64,000 nucleotides of DNA from Moniliella sp. 'wahieum' (taxonomy: Eukaryota). The notes under the pieces are model-generated. The model was not told where the DNA came from. It saw nothing but the letters and a program-made list of their open reading frames with translations, and made no database searches. Each line of letters opens with the position of its first letter. Position 1 is the stretch's first letter. Where the stretch lies: assembly GCA_003971905.1 (NCBI GenBank), contig RSEE01000005.1:124001-188000 (forward strand), in the 5' to 3' direction. Shown piece by piece: positions 36,454 to 48,969 of this stretch. Made by a program: the position numbers and the translations under genes.

Positions 36454-38307
36454 TCAAAATGTGATCCGGACCGAGCCCAAGTTAGAGTGCAAGTGCGTCT
36501 CGGATGGCACCTTCTCGGTGTCACAGCGGGATGGCACGAAGAGTAGCATCGAGCTGAGGGGCCTCCGCTTCAAACTGGGCATCATCATGAGAAACGGCAA
36601 AGACGCAGCCTTCGTACTTCTCGCCCAACGTGAACTTCTGATGGTTCCAAGCCCAATCGCGCGACGCGTTCGCTTTCTCCCAGGCAACATGTACACTGCC
36701 ACTGTCCGATCCGGCATCAACGGTACCGGCAAACGAGGAAGGGTACACTGCAGAAACCGATCCCGTTTCGCTCTCCAAATTGGAAATGACGCGCTCAGCA
36801 GGAATCGTCTTCACATCGTCCTCCGCCTCTTCATATTCGTCCGTAAAGACGGCCTTGACCGATCCGAGTTTCGAGGTAAGAGAAACTGTAGCCTCTTCCT
36901 CTTGCTTTTTGGGAACAGGACGGGGGAGACCTGCTGCAGAGACAGAGCCCGTGCTACTGTGAAGCTGAAGGTGCTGGACCACAGCGGCCTTGGTGACCTG
37001 TACTTTTCCCACATCCGAATTCAGGCTCACCTTCGGAGCATGAACCTTGTCCACCGTCACCGACCCCGATTGGAAGGACTGGGCCGAGACCGAGAAACGA
37101 GCATGACTTCGCCAAACCAGATTGAGCCCACTCGCGATTGTGCACGCAGCTTGTCTGTCCAGACGGGACCGGTAACGCGTAACGCCCCGTGCCGGCATCG
37201 AAGAGAAGATCGGCCACTTGCACCGGGCCCTTCACAGTGATCGAGCCAACGTTGGACTTGAGTTGGGCGCGAGGGGCCTGCACACTTTCCACCGTCACAC
37301 TGCCACTTTGTGACTGGAACAGGGCATAGGCCGTCGCGTTCACCTGGCCAAACGTGATCGAGCCTACATCCGACTTGGCCACTAGAGTTTTGGTCTTGAC
37401 CGCTCCGGGTACCTGGATCGAGCCAGTGCTAGACCAGAGCTGCAGGAGCGTCGTGGTGGGAACAACCTATAGAAACAAAGAAAAGTATCATATAAGGTCA
37501 GTGGGTTGAGTTCCTACGCTTATACCGCATCCGACAGGTTGAACATACCCCCAACAATTTGATGCTGCCCACATTGACATTGACATCCATCGCACCCACA
37601 TCCAATGCCGCGTCTTCCGCGGTGAAGCTGGCCGCATCACCACGAACGTCAATTCGCTTGAATACGCCTCGCTCCGCGCCACTGGCATGGGGCAAATGGG
37701 CGGTGAGTTCGACATGGATGTTGTGGTGGAACGAGTGGAAAGGATGATGGTTGGAATAGACACCGACCCATGGGTGCCTTTGGACGAATTGAGGGCAACG
37801 ATGGTCAACTCATTCTCCAGCACCCACGCCTCGTCTGCCCACGCCTCGACGTGTACCGCGACCGATCCGTTGCTTCCCTCGCCGAGAAGGCGTAAAGAGG
37901 TGAAATGGGGGCGCCAAAGCTGTGGAAAAAGAGCTGGTCGGGCGCGTCAAACGTCAAGTCGGCCGTACGCACATAACGGCGGTTCACTCCGTCTCCCAAG
38001 CGGCCTTGGCGCGGCCGACGCACGTCGTTCCACTGCGCGGTGGCAAGGATGGCGCCCTCGTCGGTCGGCACTGCAGGCGGCTTGCTCCGGGGAACATCGT
38101 GCCCGCTGTGCGAGCCACCGAACCAGTGGCCGGACCAGCGAGATAGAACGTAACCAGCATGATCAGGCCCACAGCGTAGCCCAGGATCCGACCCAACGAG
38201 CGCCGCTTGGCATAGGCCCGCGAACTTGGCCCCATCCAGCGCGGCAAGGGGTGGGCGGAGGCCGCGGGCACGGGCTGAGGAAGCAGGCTGGTTTGCTCTG
38301 TGCTCAT
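36454..38307 (-). CDS. Type II membrane protein with DUF4097/adhesin-like beta-strand repeats
   Basis: N-terminal EQTSLL motif and one TM segment (ILGYAVGLIMLVTFYLAG). Repeated xSxxGS[IV] units: KSDVGSI, QSQSGSV, KSNVGSI, HSSTGSV, TSKLGSV, ESETGSV, GSDSGSV, HSNLGSV. Confidence 0.65.
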
Positions 38308-38843
38308 TGGCAATGCTTCCAGCTCTTAAGCGCGATGGGCAAGCGGGTGGATCTGGTGGACGGGATACCGCGTAATATAACCACGAGCGTGGCGCTCCAA
38401 CCCAAAAGACATGGCGAATTATCGACTGCGACGCAACCCTCGCAGCTGCGGGCCGCCCTATTGCCGCGCTCGGGCCCAGGGCAGTGTGGATGGCGCACGG
38501 GCCGGCATCTGGTGATTTTCTGCGTTCGAGAGGCCTCTCGCGAACATGGCTGCCCTCGCCACGGCAGCAATGGCAAGCCAATGCTTGTAATGCTCTTCAG
38601 CCGAGGCAGTGGGCCCACCATTGCGGCGGACTGGGATTCGTTCCATTTCCTCCGCCCCGGAGCTCGTGCCGGAGAGTCCAGCGACGGGGGACGCGGATAT
38701 CACGGAACGCCCTCCGACGGGGAGGCTCTTTGCACGTGAGATTACGTAATCGCCCCGCCTCCGCTCGCTTGCAACCGCTGCTAGTTGGTCGTGTTGATGC
38801 AGGTGCCCAGTCCAACACAACGCCACCAGCAGCGGGAGGGAGG

Positions 38844-39291
38844 ATGAAGGTGGACGTGACGGCGTGGCGCCCGGTGGGGTACTGGGTATGGGACGTGAAG
38901 GATCCGGACGAAGTGTGCGGCATCTGCCAGAACAACTTTGATGGCACCTGCGCCACCTGTCGCGTCCCGGGTGCCGACTGCCCCGTGTCGGTCGGGATGT
39001 GTTCGCACGTGTTCCACACCCACTGCATCGAAACTTGGCTTGACTCCAATGAGTTCTGTCCCATGTGCAAACGGTCTTGGCGTACGTCAGGTGCCGTCCC
39101 CTCCTCTCCCTTCTCTTCTCCCCTTATATATGTACCACGGCGAGATTAACGGTAACTTGTCTCTGGCAGATGATGATCCGGCTGCCACCCCGGAGGGGCA
39201 GAGATGCAACAGTAGTCAGATCGACGGGTGGCCTGGGATGTCTTGTGTCGACCTTCTACCCTGTATCCAGAATCCTGCCTCAACCCACTGA
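38844..39291 (+). CDS. APC11: Anaphase-promoting complex RING-H2 subunit Apc11 (intron ~39082-39169)
   Basis: MKVDVTAWRPVGYWVWDV..DEVCGICQNNFDGTCATCRVPGADCP...CSHVFHTHCIETWL...CPMCKRSW. Confidence 0.92.
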
Positions 39292-40507
39292 GCGTACAAC
39301 TTCCTGGTTATTGATTGTTCCTGTCGCTTTCGTGATACTGCACATTACTCGATCCGTGCGATCGGCTCGCAACTGCTTAGAGCGGGCCACCGCATCGTCT
39401 TCCCTGTAACACAGTACATGGGGATTAGTACTGTTCGCTCGGGACAGCGAAACAGCGGGGAAGGGAGGGGGGGAGTGGGAGTGGGGGGACATACTTGGTT
39501 TTCATGACGGCCAAGACGTGGCGTAGAGGACTGCCTTGTTGATCCCATAGGCGCCCTTAGCCGCCAGGGGACGGAGCTGGTTGGCGAGATGAGAGAGCGG
39601 TGGAGGACTAGGAGGCCAAGTGGGGAATGTGGTCTTCGGGGACGAGTCTCCCTTGGCCGGGACGAGGTAATCGACCAACATCCTGTTCCGCTTCGGTCCA
39701 GTAAATCGATGTCCCTCCAACACAACTTTGCGTTGGACCTGGCCATCCGTCAGCTTGGCCTTGGTCATGGCCCGCCATGGCAGCTGGGATGCGAGCGCCA
39801 AACAAAATTTCATTCATGAGGAACCCGCGATGCGCGTTCATCACCCGGTAATCGGCGCCAACACCAAAGCCAACGCACCAGCAAACGCATGCCCCCCCCA
39901 CCGAGGCAATGGGGGAATGGGAAACGCATGAGGCGGTGCAACGTTGCAGCAAATGGATGGTCAAAAAGCCAGGCGTACGCAAGGCTAGGTCCAGATCGAG
40001 CCCATTGGAGAAAAATTTGCTCCCTGTACTTGGCCCGTGGTGATCATAGCCGCTCCCTTTCCTTGTTGCTGGGGATGAGGCAAAGCGGTGCCAAGCCTGC
40101 TCAATGTGGTCCAGCGCTTCGAGGTAGGCATGGAGAAAGTATGGGGTAAGACGGTTGTCGGGAGTTTGCGCCCCGGTAAACGTTACCACCCACACTCCTT
40201 CCTCGGCCTCCGTCACAATCAATACCGATGGCTCGGACGTGCCCGGCTCCGGTACCCCGCCAGGGAAGTAGAGCGGAGCACTGATAGGGGTGTAGGGCTT
40301 GATTTCCTGTCGTGCAACAGGAGTGGTGTGCAATGTCCGAACCATCTGTGTGAGGGCACGTTGTTTCGGCGCCGCAGCCATGGTGCTGGTGCGCAGAGCA
40401 TAGGCACCGCTTGGGGCATTCCGGACCAGAGGACGGACGCCCAAACGTGAGTGGTTCAGACGGATGCCAGTGCGCGACTGCAGAAAATGAGTAGGACGGA
40501 TCGCCAT
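39280..40507 (-). CDS. Crotonase-fold enoyl-CoA hydratase/isomerase with mitochondrial presequence
   Basis: Arg-rich N-terminus with RTLHT; TPDNRLTP, KFFSNGLDL, ADYRVMNAHRGFLMNEILFGA, VVLEGHRFTG. Confidence 0.85.
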
Positions 40508-41185
40508 TTGTGGTCAGTGCGGTGAATGGGGTGGGGTGGAAGAAGGTGAGGGGTTAGTGTGGGGGTGGAAAACGATGAGCGATTGGTGTGGGGTCCGCCT
40601 TCACCGGTCACCGGTGAGACCGGGACGTGGGGACAAAGAGAGCCGGTCTGGATTGAATATGGAGCGAATGAAACTTTAAAGCCGATGCTGTTATTATAGA
40701 GGCTCGAGCGCGCAGCTCTGAAACCATGTCACCGCATGGTTCATTTTCGAGGACAGCATGCATGTCTCTCTCGACCATATATATCACCCAGATGGAGCTT
40801 CCTGGTACGTCTGGTCTTCGCTATCACGAGCAAACATCGCATAGAACAGGGAGCCTGGTGCATATCAATCAGGGGCTTCAACTTGTCCTAAAGAGAGACG
40901 AATGAAACTGGAGGAGCGGAGCACAGAAGGGCCAACAGGGGAAGGGAGGATCGGAGGGGGGGGAAATGTACACAGTTGGAAGGATCGTAAGAAGCCTGTT
41001 GCAGGCCTGATGCGTAGGAGAAAAAGGGAGGGTGCGGTCAGGTCGACCAGTGAGGCATAGTACCGGGAGCAGGTTTTGTGGTATACTGAAAATGATAGCG
41101 GAGGGATGGGAAAGCCCGGTGAAAAGATATGTATGCAGATGCGAGATATCCTGCCCCGCCCCCCACACGCTGGAGGCGTGCAGAG

Positions 41186-42917
41186 TTAGGCATCAAGTTT
41201 CTTCTCATCCAACTGCTGATCCAACTTCTCGTCGCTGGGCCGGTCGCTGGGCGGGAGGGCATCAACAGCCGGCGCCATAAACTGATCGCCCACGTGCTCA
41301 ATCTGATCTTCGCCTTCAATTCGCTGGGTGCCCGAGGGTCTTGTGCCTACCACCGCATCCTCTTCAAACTTGGCACCGTGCTCTTCCCTTCCCACCACAA
41401 TCACGGCCAACAGGTAAGCACACACGACACCCAGCAGGATACCCGATACATGGCGTAATCGGGCAAGCGGGGTTCGTTGTTTGGCCCAGAGGGCTTACTT
41501 GGATCAAAGCGGGGGTTGGCAATCGTAATGCCCTGACCACCGCGCGTCTCGATCTGCGCGGAGGAGGAGGAGACCATGTTGCCCAGTTGGTAGGCCAGGC
41601 CGGCATACGTTGCCCGAAACCCAGGGGGTGAAATCTCAGAGAGGTAGACGGGCACCACACCCCACGCGCCTTGCACGCCAAACTGGATCCAGAATGCGCC
41701 AGCAGCCAAACCACTAAAGCTGGTAGGCAGGATCCAGGCAGGGATGAGTACACCTGAGATAACGACAAAAATGGCCATGGTCAAACGGCGGCCAAGCCAT
41801 TGTGAAATGTATCCGCCCAGGGTACCACCGACAATGGCCCCACAGTTGGAAATGATGGTGGCCTTGGAAGCCAGTTGGTTTGCCTCCTTAGTGGGCAGCG
41901 TGGCAAGCTTGACTTTCTCGATCATGGTAGGGTACAAGTCCTCTAATTGCATAATGGGGTGCGTCAGCCAAAGTCGCATATAGAGAGAGGGAGGAAAATG
42001 GATATGGACGTACGAGAGGAGTGGCTGAGCCAGTTAAAGCCTGACATGAGTAGGATACCATAGATGCAGCGGACCCAATGCTGCTTGAGCATGTCGCCCA
42101 TGTCAGCGAGATACTTGCGGACCTTGGTCCGGATCGAAGTATCGACACCCGCTTCGGCTGCTTCCTGCTGTGCCTTCTTGTGTTCAAGGAACAGTTCCGA
42201 CTCCCACACGATTGCGCGCACGCCAGCAGCAAAAAGCGAGACGGCGGAGCCAAACCAGAAGAGGATCTTCCAGTTGCCTGTCCTGTTGACCACAGATACA
42301 TTGACCGAGGCCGCCAAAAGGTAGCCCACGGCATAGCATTGCTGTATCACACCGCTGAACAGACCACGAGGGGCAGCGGGCATGTTCTCCAGTGCAGTGG
42401 CTGTGGCCATGCCCCAAATTCCACCTGGCAAACGCGATCACGTTAGTTTCGACCGAGTTTTTTTTGGGAAAGGAGAGGATTGCATACCCATAAAGATGCC
42501 AAAGAGTGATCGTACAGCGAGGAAGGGCCCGTAGGATTTACAGAATGAGGTGGAGAGAGAGAGGGCGGAAATACAGAGGAGATTGACAAAGAGGGGCCAC
42601 TTGCGTCCAAAACGGTCGGAAACGAGGCCAAAGATGACGGCACCAAGGGGGCGGAAGAGGAGGGTTAAGGTGATGGAGGTGGTGATGTCGTTGGTCGACT
42701 TCCCGTAGAGAGCGGAGAGGTGGGTGTTGGCGAGACTCACAGAGAAGAAGTCGAGTGCGTCGCACGTCCAGGCAAGCATGCCGGTAATGAGGTAGATATA
42801 CTGTTTGAGGTTAAGCATGCAGGCGAGCTTGATCGGGTTGTTGGTCTCGCCGTGGCGGTCGGCCGCGCGCTGGTCGCGCGTGGGCAGCTTGAAGAGACCA
42901 TGGGTAAAGTCGTACAT
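41186..42917 (-). CDS. JEN1: Jen1-type carboxylate:H+ symporter (MFS), introns ~41943-42013 and ~42425-42487
   Basis: AWTCDALDFFSVS, LLFRPLGAVIFGLVSDRFGRKWP, ATALENMPAAPRGLFSG. The spliced signature NWLSHSSQDLYPT matches NxxS/THxS/TQDxxxT; also GLAYQLGNMVSS. Confidence 0.93.
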
Positions 42918-44626
42918 GGCGGCACCGACGAGGGTTGTGGTGGGGGAAGGGGGGGGGGGGGGGGGGGGGGCCGGAGGAGTTTATAAAGCCGCGGGAGAGA
43001 GTGCGGGCGATCATTATACGAAGTTGCACCTTATTCGACACGCGGGCATGTTCCTGCTCTGCCCTGCCAGGGCCCTGCTGCGGCCCAGCGCATTCTCTGC
43101 ACAGGGGGGCAGTTTCCCCGCTACCTCTCAATCCCCGCTCCGCCCCCGCAGGCCCTGCCCGCACGTGGGGATCACACACAACACTGCCCCCGCGGCGGTT
43201 GCAAGTGCGAAAAAGCCGCCGGGACAACGTTCTGGCTCGGCCTGGCGGCAGCAGCTGCCGTGGGCCATCGTGCCGTGTGCCGCGATGCCTCTCTTGTGCT
43301 GGGCTCGCATCGTCAGAAAGGCCTTGCAAGGCCCCGTCACCGCGTCACCACGACACTAGTCCCTGGCTTAGTCACCCATCCAGAAGCACCACATGCAACA
43401 GCAACATGCATCATCGATCATCCATCACCGCCCCTCATTGATTTGCGCGTACCGAGGCCCTCGTCTGCGGACACTGCCGCCTGGCCCATGGTGCTTCAAT
43501 CGAGGCCTTGTCCCCTTTTGCCGAGCAGTCGAGCGGCAGATGGATGATCCATCGGATCGATGAGCTTCGGGAGTAAGAGTGCTGTCCTGTGGTGCCGCAG
43601 GGTATCCACCATCGATCATCGATCATCCATTTCATCGGCTGCACCGTTTTGCCTGCGTCTCAACTCCGTATGCAGTACTCACATGTCATGTCACAGAATA
43701 TTCATCTCCATCCCAGCGGCTCAGGCGCTCAGAAGAGCCCAAAGCCCAGCCGCGTTTTGCCGCCCCGACCCGCCCACTCCATGCCCGACGGCGGCAGCGG
43801 CTGTTTCCTCCACAGATATCAGCACCGGAGGAGCCGGCGCGTTTCCCGGAGAAAAGGATATAACGCGACACTGCCGTTTTTTTGCTGCCCAACCTCCGGC
43901 GGTCCATAATTTTCTTTGCGTTCCATGAGCTCCTGAGGGGATGCTAATGCCACTGGCGGATCGATGCCGTGACAAGTACAAAGCGCGTTCCCGTCGGCTA
44001 GCCCCTAGCGCTTAGCTAAAAGCACTTAGCGCCGAGAGCCTGACGCACGCATACTGCGGGTTAAGCTTTAAGCCGCCCCGCGCTGATACAGGGATGGGGC
44101 CGCCCGAGTGCGACACTCCGCATTAGTTCAGCTTGCGCGGTGCAACTCTCGCCGCATCTGGGGAGTGTCCGCACCATGTTTTCTGTCCTGCAGTGCTCTG
44201 CGGGTAGGCAGTGCGCCACAGTGCCCGCTTTGCCTGCCACGCGAGTGATCGAGTGAATCACGATGGATGATCGGTGATCGAGCTAGTGATTGCTAAGAGA
44301 AAGCCTTAGCGCATAGGCTAAGTGCGCGGGACGCAGGCAAGTCGAGTCACTGATCACTTCGATCGATGATTGATCACCAGTCAACCTCGTAGTACCTGTT
44401 GCCTGGCTTCCCTGCCTCAAGCGAAATACTAATCCTATGCACCGAAAGCTGAATGAGAGACCCTCATTTAACTGATTGCCGAGTTGCCTTCGCTTCTCTG
44501 CCCCTTATCGCTGCCAATCCCCGTCCCCCGTCCACTCCCCTGCCCGCGAGCGATGGAGATGGGATGACGCCCATCTTGTTGTCGTCATGGAGCGCTTCGC
44601 CTCTCCCTCGCCTGTTGCGCCGCACC

Positions 44627-47326
44627 ATGCCCGGGCCCATGTGTGCCCTGCCCTCTTGGCTCAGCCTGAGCACCAAGCCTGCGATTGGGAACCCCCGCCC
44701 CCACCGCTACCCTCGTCGCTGCTAGCACCCGCCTCACCCACCTCGCCGACGTTGTTCAGGCCCTCATCCCCAACGCGGTTGCCGCTCACGCAACCCGTGT
44801 ATGTGTCACGGTTCACCTGCATGACTGGCGCTTCGAGTGCACCGACAATGGCCGTGGGATTCCCCTTGATACCCTCGCCCAGCTGTACGAGGAAGTGGAA
44901 GCGAACGAAGCGCCCCGCCACACGTTGCTCGCCGCGGCTGTTCCAGCCCAGCTGGACATATGGAGCCGTCCGCCTGGACAGCACGGTGCACGTCTGCTTT
45001 AATTACTCTTCGTTCGGGAAGAACCACTTTTCATTCTGTCCTGCTAGACGTCGATCCTCATGTGCGGACCAAGGTGGTGGTGCGCGACTTGTTCCACCAC
45101 CGCTTCCCATTCGCCGCAAGGCGTTTCCGTGTCCTGAGGACAAGGCTGCACTGCGTGCGCAGTGGGAACAGATCAAACACCCGTCGCATTCGTGTGCGTC
45201 CCACTGGCCTCGGCACCAATCAAGGTAGAACTGGGTACAGGCGTTGTCCTTCTCCCAAGGAAGGTTCTCTCCCTTTCCGGCGGGTGCGGGTCTGCCTGGG
45301 GGTTACCGCTCCTGCTTCAGCTTTCCTCGCCCGGGCTCGACCTCACTTGGCTTGAGACGGCGGTCCATGTTCGTCCTGACCCTTCTTCCCTCCAGATGGT
45401 AGGATTGGTGGCATGGCCGACAGTGAAAGCTCCTAGCCTCGTATGTCTCAATGGCGAACCAATCCAGCCTGACGCACTTCTGTCTCAGTGGCTTGCCGAA
45501 CGGGAACCTCATCTGAAACCACATGCTCCCGTTGCCCTCAAAACTAAAGCCCTCCCTTCCCACCTGACGCAGGGGATGGTCACTCAACCGCTCACTGCCT
45601 TCCTCGCCTCCCTCGGAGCCTCCGTACTGGATAGGACAGCCCCTATGGTCGTGGTTAGTATTTTTTGCTTGACTTGACATGATACCGGAAGGACCGGGTC
45701 AAGTCCAATTTCTCCAAAAGGCTATTGGGGCGGAATGGTATTCTCTCTTGCACCCTCGCCGACCTCTCAAGCGTCAGCGCGATCCCCATCAAGAGGTTTT
45801 CACACTGCCCACACTGCTCCTACCCATCCTGCCAGGCCCCCACACTGTCACCCGTCCTCCTCTCCTCTGCTGTGCCGAGACGCTCGGCGCGCCTGCAAAA
45901 AGTATTCGTGCCCCCTTGCCTCCTGTGCCCCCGTGTGCACTGGCGTGGAGGGGCCCAAGTACTCAACAAGTGCACCTGGTCGATGCACGACCGGTAATCG
46001 AGTCGACCTCGAATCCCCCTCCTCACGCAGTCAAACGCTCCGTAAACGTTTGCGGGAAGGATCCATTTCAAGTACTCGTCACCCATCTTCCCGGCCGCGT
46101 TGGTTGGACGACAGCCTTGCGTCGATTCATCGTCCTGGGTCGGCAATTGGGCCACAACGACGACAGTGCAACCGGAAGGGCAGGACGATCCGGACCCTGA
46201 ACTAGAGCGGGACTGCATGGTGGCCGATGCAGCCCTGGAACTTCCCTGCGCCGACGCGGATGGGATGCGTGCTGATGCATCTGCAGCCGACACAACTGTC
46301 CTCGCTGACTTGGCCATCACACATCCGGCTCTTGCCTCTGCCCGACTGGTGGGCCAATTTGAGCGGAAATGCATGTTGGCCGTGTTGCTGCACAAGGGGG
46401 CAGCATCCTCGTGCTGGTAGACCAGCATGCCGCGGACGAACGAGTGAGGGTGGAAACGTTTTTCCGTTCGTACCTACAGGATTGTCGGGGCGGGGCCATG
46501 TGGGAGGCGGGTCGGATCGAATTAGTGGGTGGCAAGAGGGGTGACGAGCCCATCCGAAGTCGCACCTCCCCTGGACGCTGGCCGGGGGGCATGCCCCGCT
46601 CTGCCCTGCGCTCCCATTGGAGCCCCAACTGACGTCTTCGGTCTTAACTCGCGTTCGTACGTTGTGCGAAGGACAGGTGGACCCGGGCTTGGCGACTGTG
46701 TTCGGAGTATGCTTGCCTTTTTCGGTTCCAACTCCAGCTGCACGAAAGGAGCGCAGGACTGTGCTTGGCCCCGGCTTTGGTGACCGAACGGCCGGAGCGC
46801 GACGCGCCCTCTCTCTCGCGCTGGTCCCACCCCTAGCAGGCAACATTGTGCTCTCCATCCTCTCTCGCTCGCGAGGGCAGCGTAGGCACAGGCGGGAGGG
46901 GTGTGCAAGAGGGATAGGCGTGGATGGTTCCTGTGCTATCTCCCCCACCACGTGTCGATCAAGAACACGACGGGGAAGGACAAGAGACGGACGAAGAGTT
47001 AGCTACGTTTCTTCGGTTCCTGCCGCCCCCGCTGCGTCACCCTGGAGAGCAAAGCGTGCCGCGGTGCGATCATGTTTAACGATCGGCTGGACCAGGTCGA
47101 GGCCACCGCTCTCTTCACCCGCTTGGCCCAGACTCAGTTCCCTTTCCAGTGCGCACATGGTCGGCCTTTTCTCGTTCCGCTCCTCCGGCTCACACGGCCC
47201 GTGGACAAAGCCACGGACCAGCCGTCAACGGAGGCGGAGGCGGAGGCGGAGGCGGAGACGGGCGGGACAACAGGGGTGGACTGTGTCACAGTCGGGGCTA
47301 AGGCGAGGAGACCAGAATCGGACTAG
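44627..47326 (+). CDS. MLH3: MutL homologue Mlh3 (frameshifted; start approximate)
   Basis: N-terminal GHKL remnant ECTDNGRGI; endonuclease motif VDQHAADERVRVE; SKACRGAIMFND; FPFQCAHGRP. Confidence 0.9.
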
Positions 47327-48002
47327 GCCAAGGGGTGTAGCAATCGTTCGTGGGGAAAGCAAGAACAGAGGACATGGTGCGAAGTGGAAGAAAACAGGGA
47401 AGGAGCGAGACGCTCGAGACGAAGAAATTGGAAATGGGGAGTGAGATCAGCCAAACTGTGACAGACTGGGAGGCGTTTGCAAGGGAGGGCATGATAATGG
47501 CTTGAGCTGTCGGTTGCAAAATATGGCATTGGCGAAGCTCCCAGAACCAGCACGAAGTGGTAATTCACACAGTACTATACCACCCCCATGTCCACGCCAG
47601 AAGGACCACGCGAGTACCAATGGTGTTGGAAGGTGTTGCCTGCTGTGTATTGGCCGGGTATATAATCAAGGTCAGAACGAGCTGCCGACCATACGTTGAA
47701 CCCGCGTCGACACAGTTGCTGTGCCTCGAACGTTGCAGATGCAGATCCCAAGGATCGACCGGTGAGGTGGTTAGGTAAGGGCGGTGATCGATCTACGGAC
47801 GCCGGACTTAAGGCGGTCGTAGCATGGGGTCTGTGTCCCCAGGACCAAGTCCGCGCGGTACTGGGCGCGTATCCGTGCGCAATGGGGCATTTGGGACAGG
47901 ACTCGATTCTCTCTCTACCTGTGGCAAGCTGTTCGATGTAACCTTGGTGCAGCACAGCCAGCCCAGCATTTTTGCTTTCTCGTCTGACCGCCACCACCAG
48001 CC

Positions 48003-48735
48003 ATGCCCGCCACGCGTCCGATGCTGCACACGCTCAGTGTCAAGGTCACGTCCGACACCATCTGCCCCTTCTGCTTCCTCGGCCTGCGCAAACTCGAACA
48101 GGCCCTGCGTCTCTCGCCGTATATCGCGCTCCACTCGTCCTCGCGGATCTTTGAGCCGGCGGTAGAGTACCTGCCGTACCAGTTGGATCCTACTTTGCCC
48201 GACACGCCCATCAACAAGCGCGAGCACTATGCCTCTCTCTTTGGTGCGGACCGCGTGGCGCCCATGGAAGCTTCGATGAAGGCCCGTGGGGAGGAAGTGG
48301 GCATCCACTTTTCCTATGGCGGCGTGCTGCGTAGCACTGTGCTTTCTCATCGCTGTTGCTCCAGGCTTACAAGACGGGGGGGTGGCCACTGCAACATGCG
48401 TTCCTGAACAAAGTAATGCCGTTTTACTTCGAGCAGGAGGGCGATCCGGGGGACCCCGTGGCACTTGCCCAGCTCGCGGTCGAGGCTGGTGTATTCCCCT
48501 CTTTGAGCGAGGCGACGGCCTTCGTGCAATCGGACCAGCTCCTCGCCGAGGTGGAAAAGGATTTGCTCGGGCTCGTAAGGCTGGCATTCGCGGCGTGCCC
48601 AACTTTGAAATTGTCGCACACCCCAATCGGGATGCTCAACCGCTCAAGGCGGAGATCCAGGGCGCTCAAGACGTGGCAACGTTCGTGTCTGTGTTTGAGG
48701 AGATGGGCAAACGGGCTCAGGCTTGGAGCCGTTGA
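48003..48735 (+). CDS. DsbA/FrnE-like thioredoxin-fold oxidoreductase
   Basis: VTSDTICPFCFLG (CxxC), YLPYQLDPTLP, YFEQEGDPGD, GIRGVPNF, IQGAQD. Confidence 0.88.
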
Positions 48736-48969
48736 GGGGTCGAGGGGCTGGAGACTTGCAATGGCTATTATTCGGACTGTTCCCCCACTACTTTTGCGCT
48801 GATAGTTGATTCCATCTCCATTGCCCTCTATGCCTCGAATGACTTCTGAGCCTTACTGTCTGTAGGAGGTATAAGTACCATTTGGCGCAGCTGACACAAT
48901 GATTGACGATTGATTTTGGATGACGATGAGGAGACTCTGGCTGATGGGTAGCATCTGTCGGGGATCGAA

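Noticed and set aside
47230..47258. (GAGGCG)n repeat
   Set aside because: A simple coding microsatellite (EAEAEAEAE) in the Mlh3 tail.
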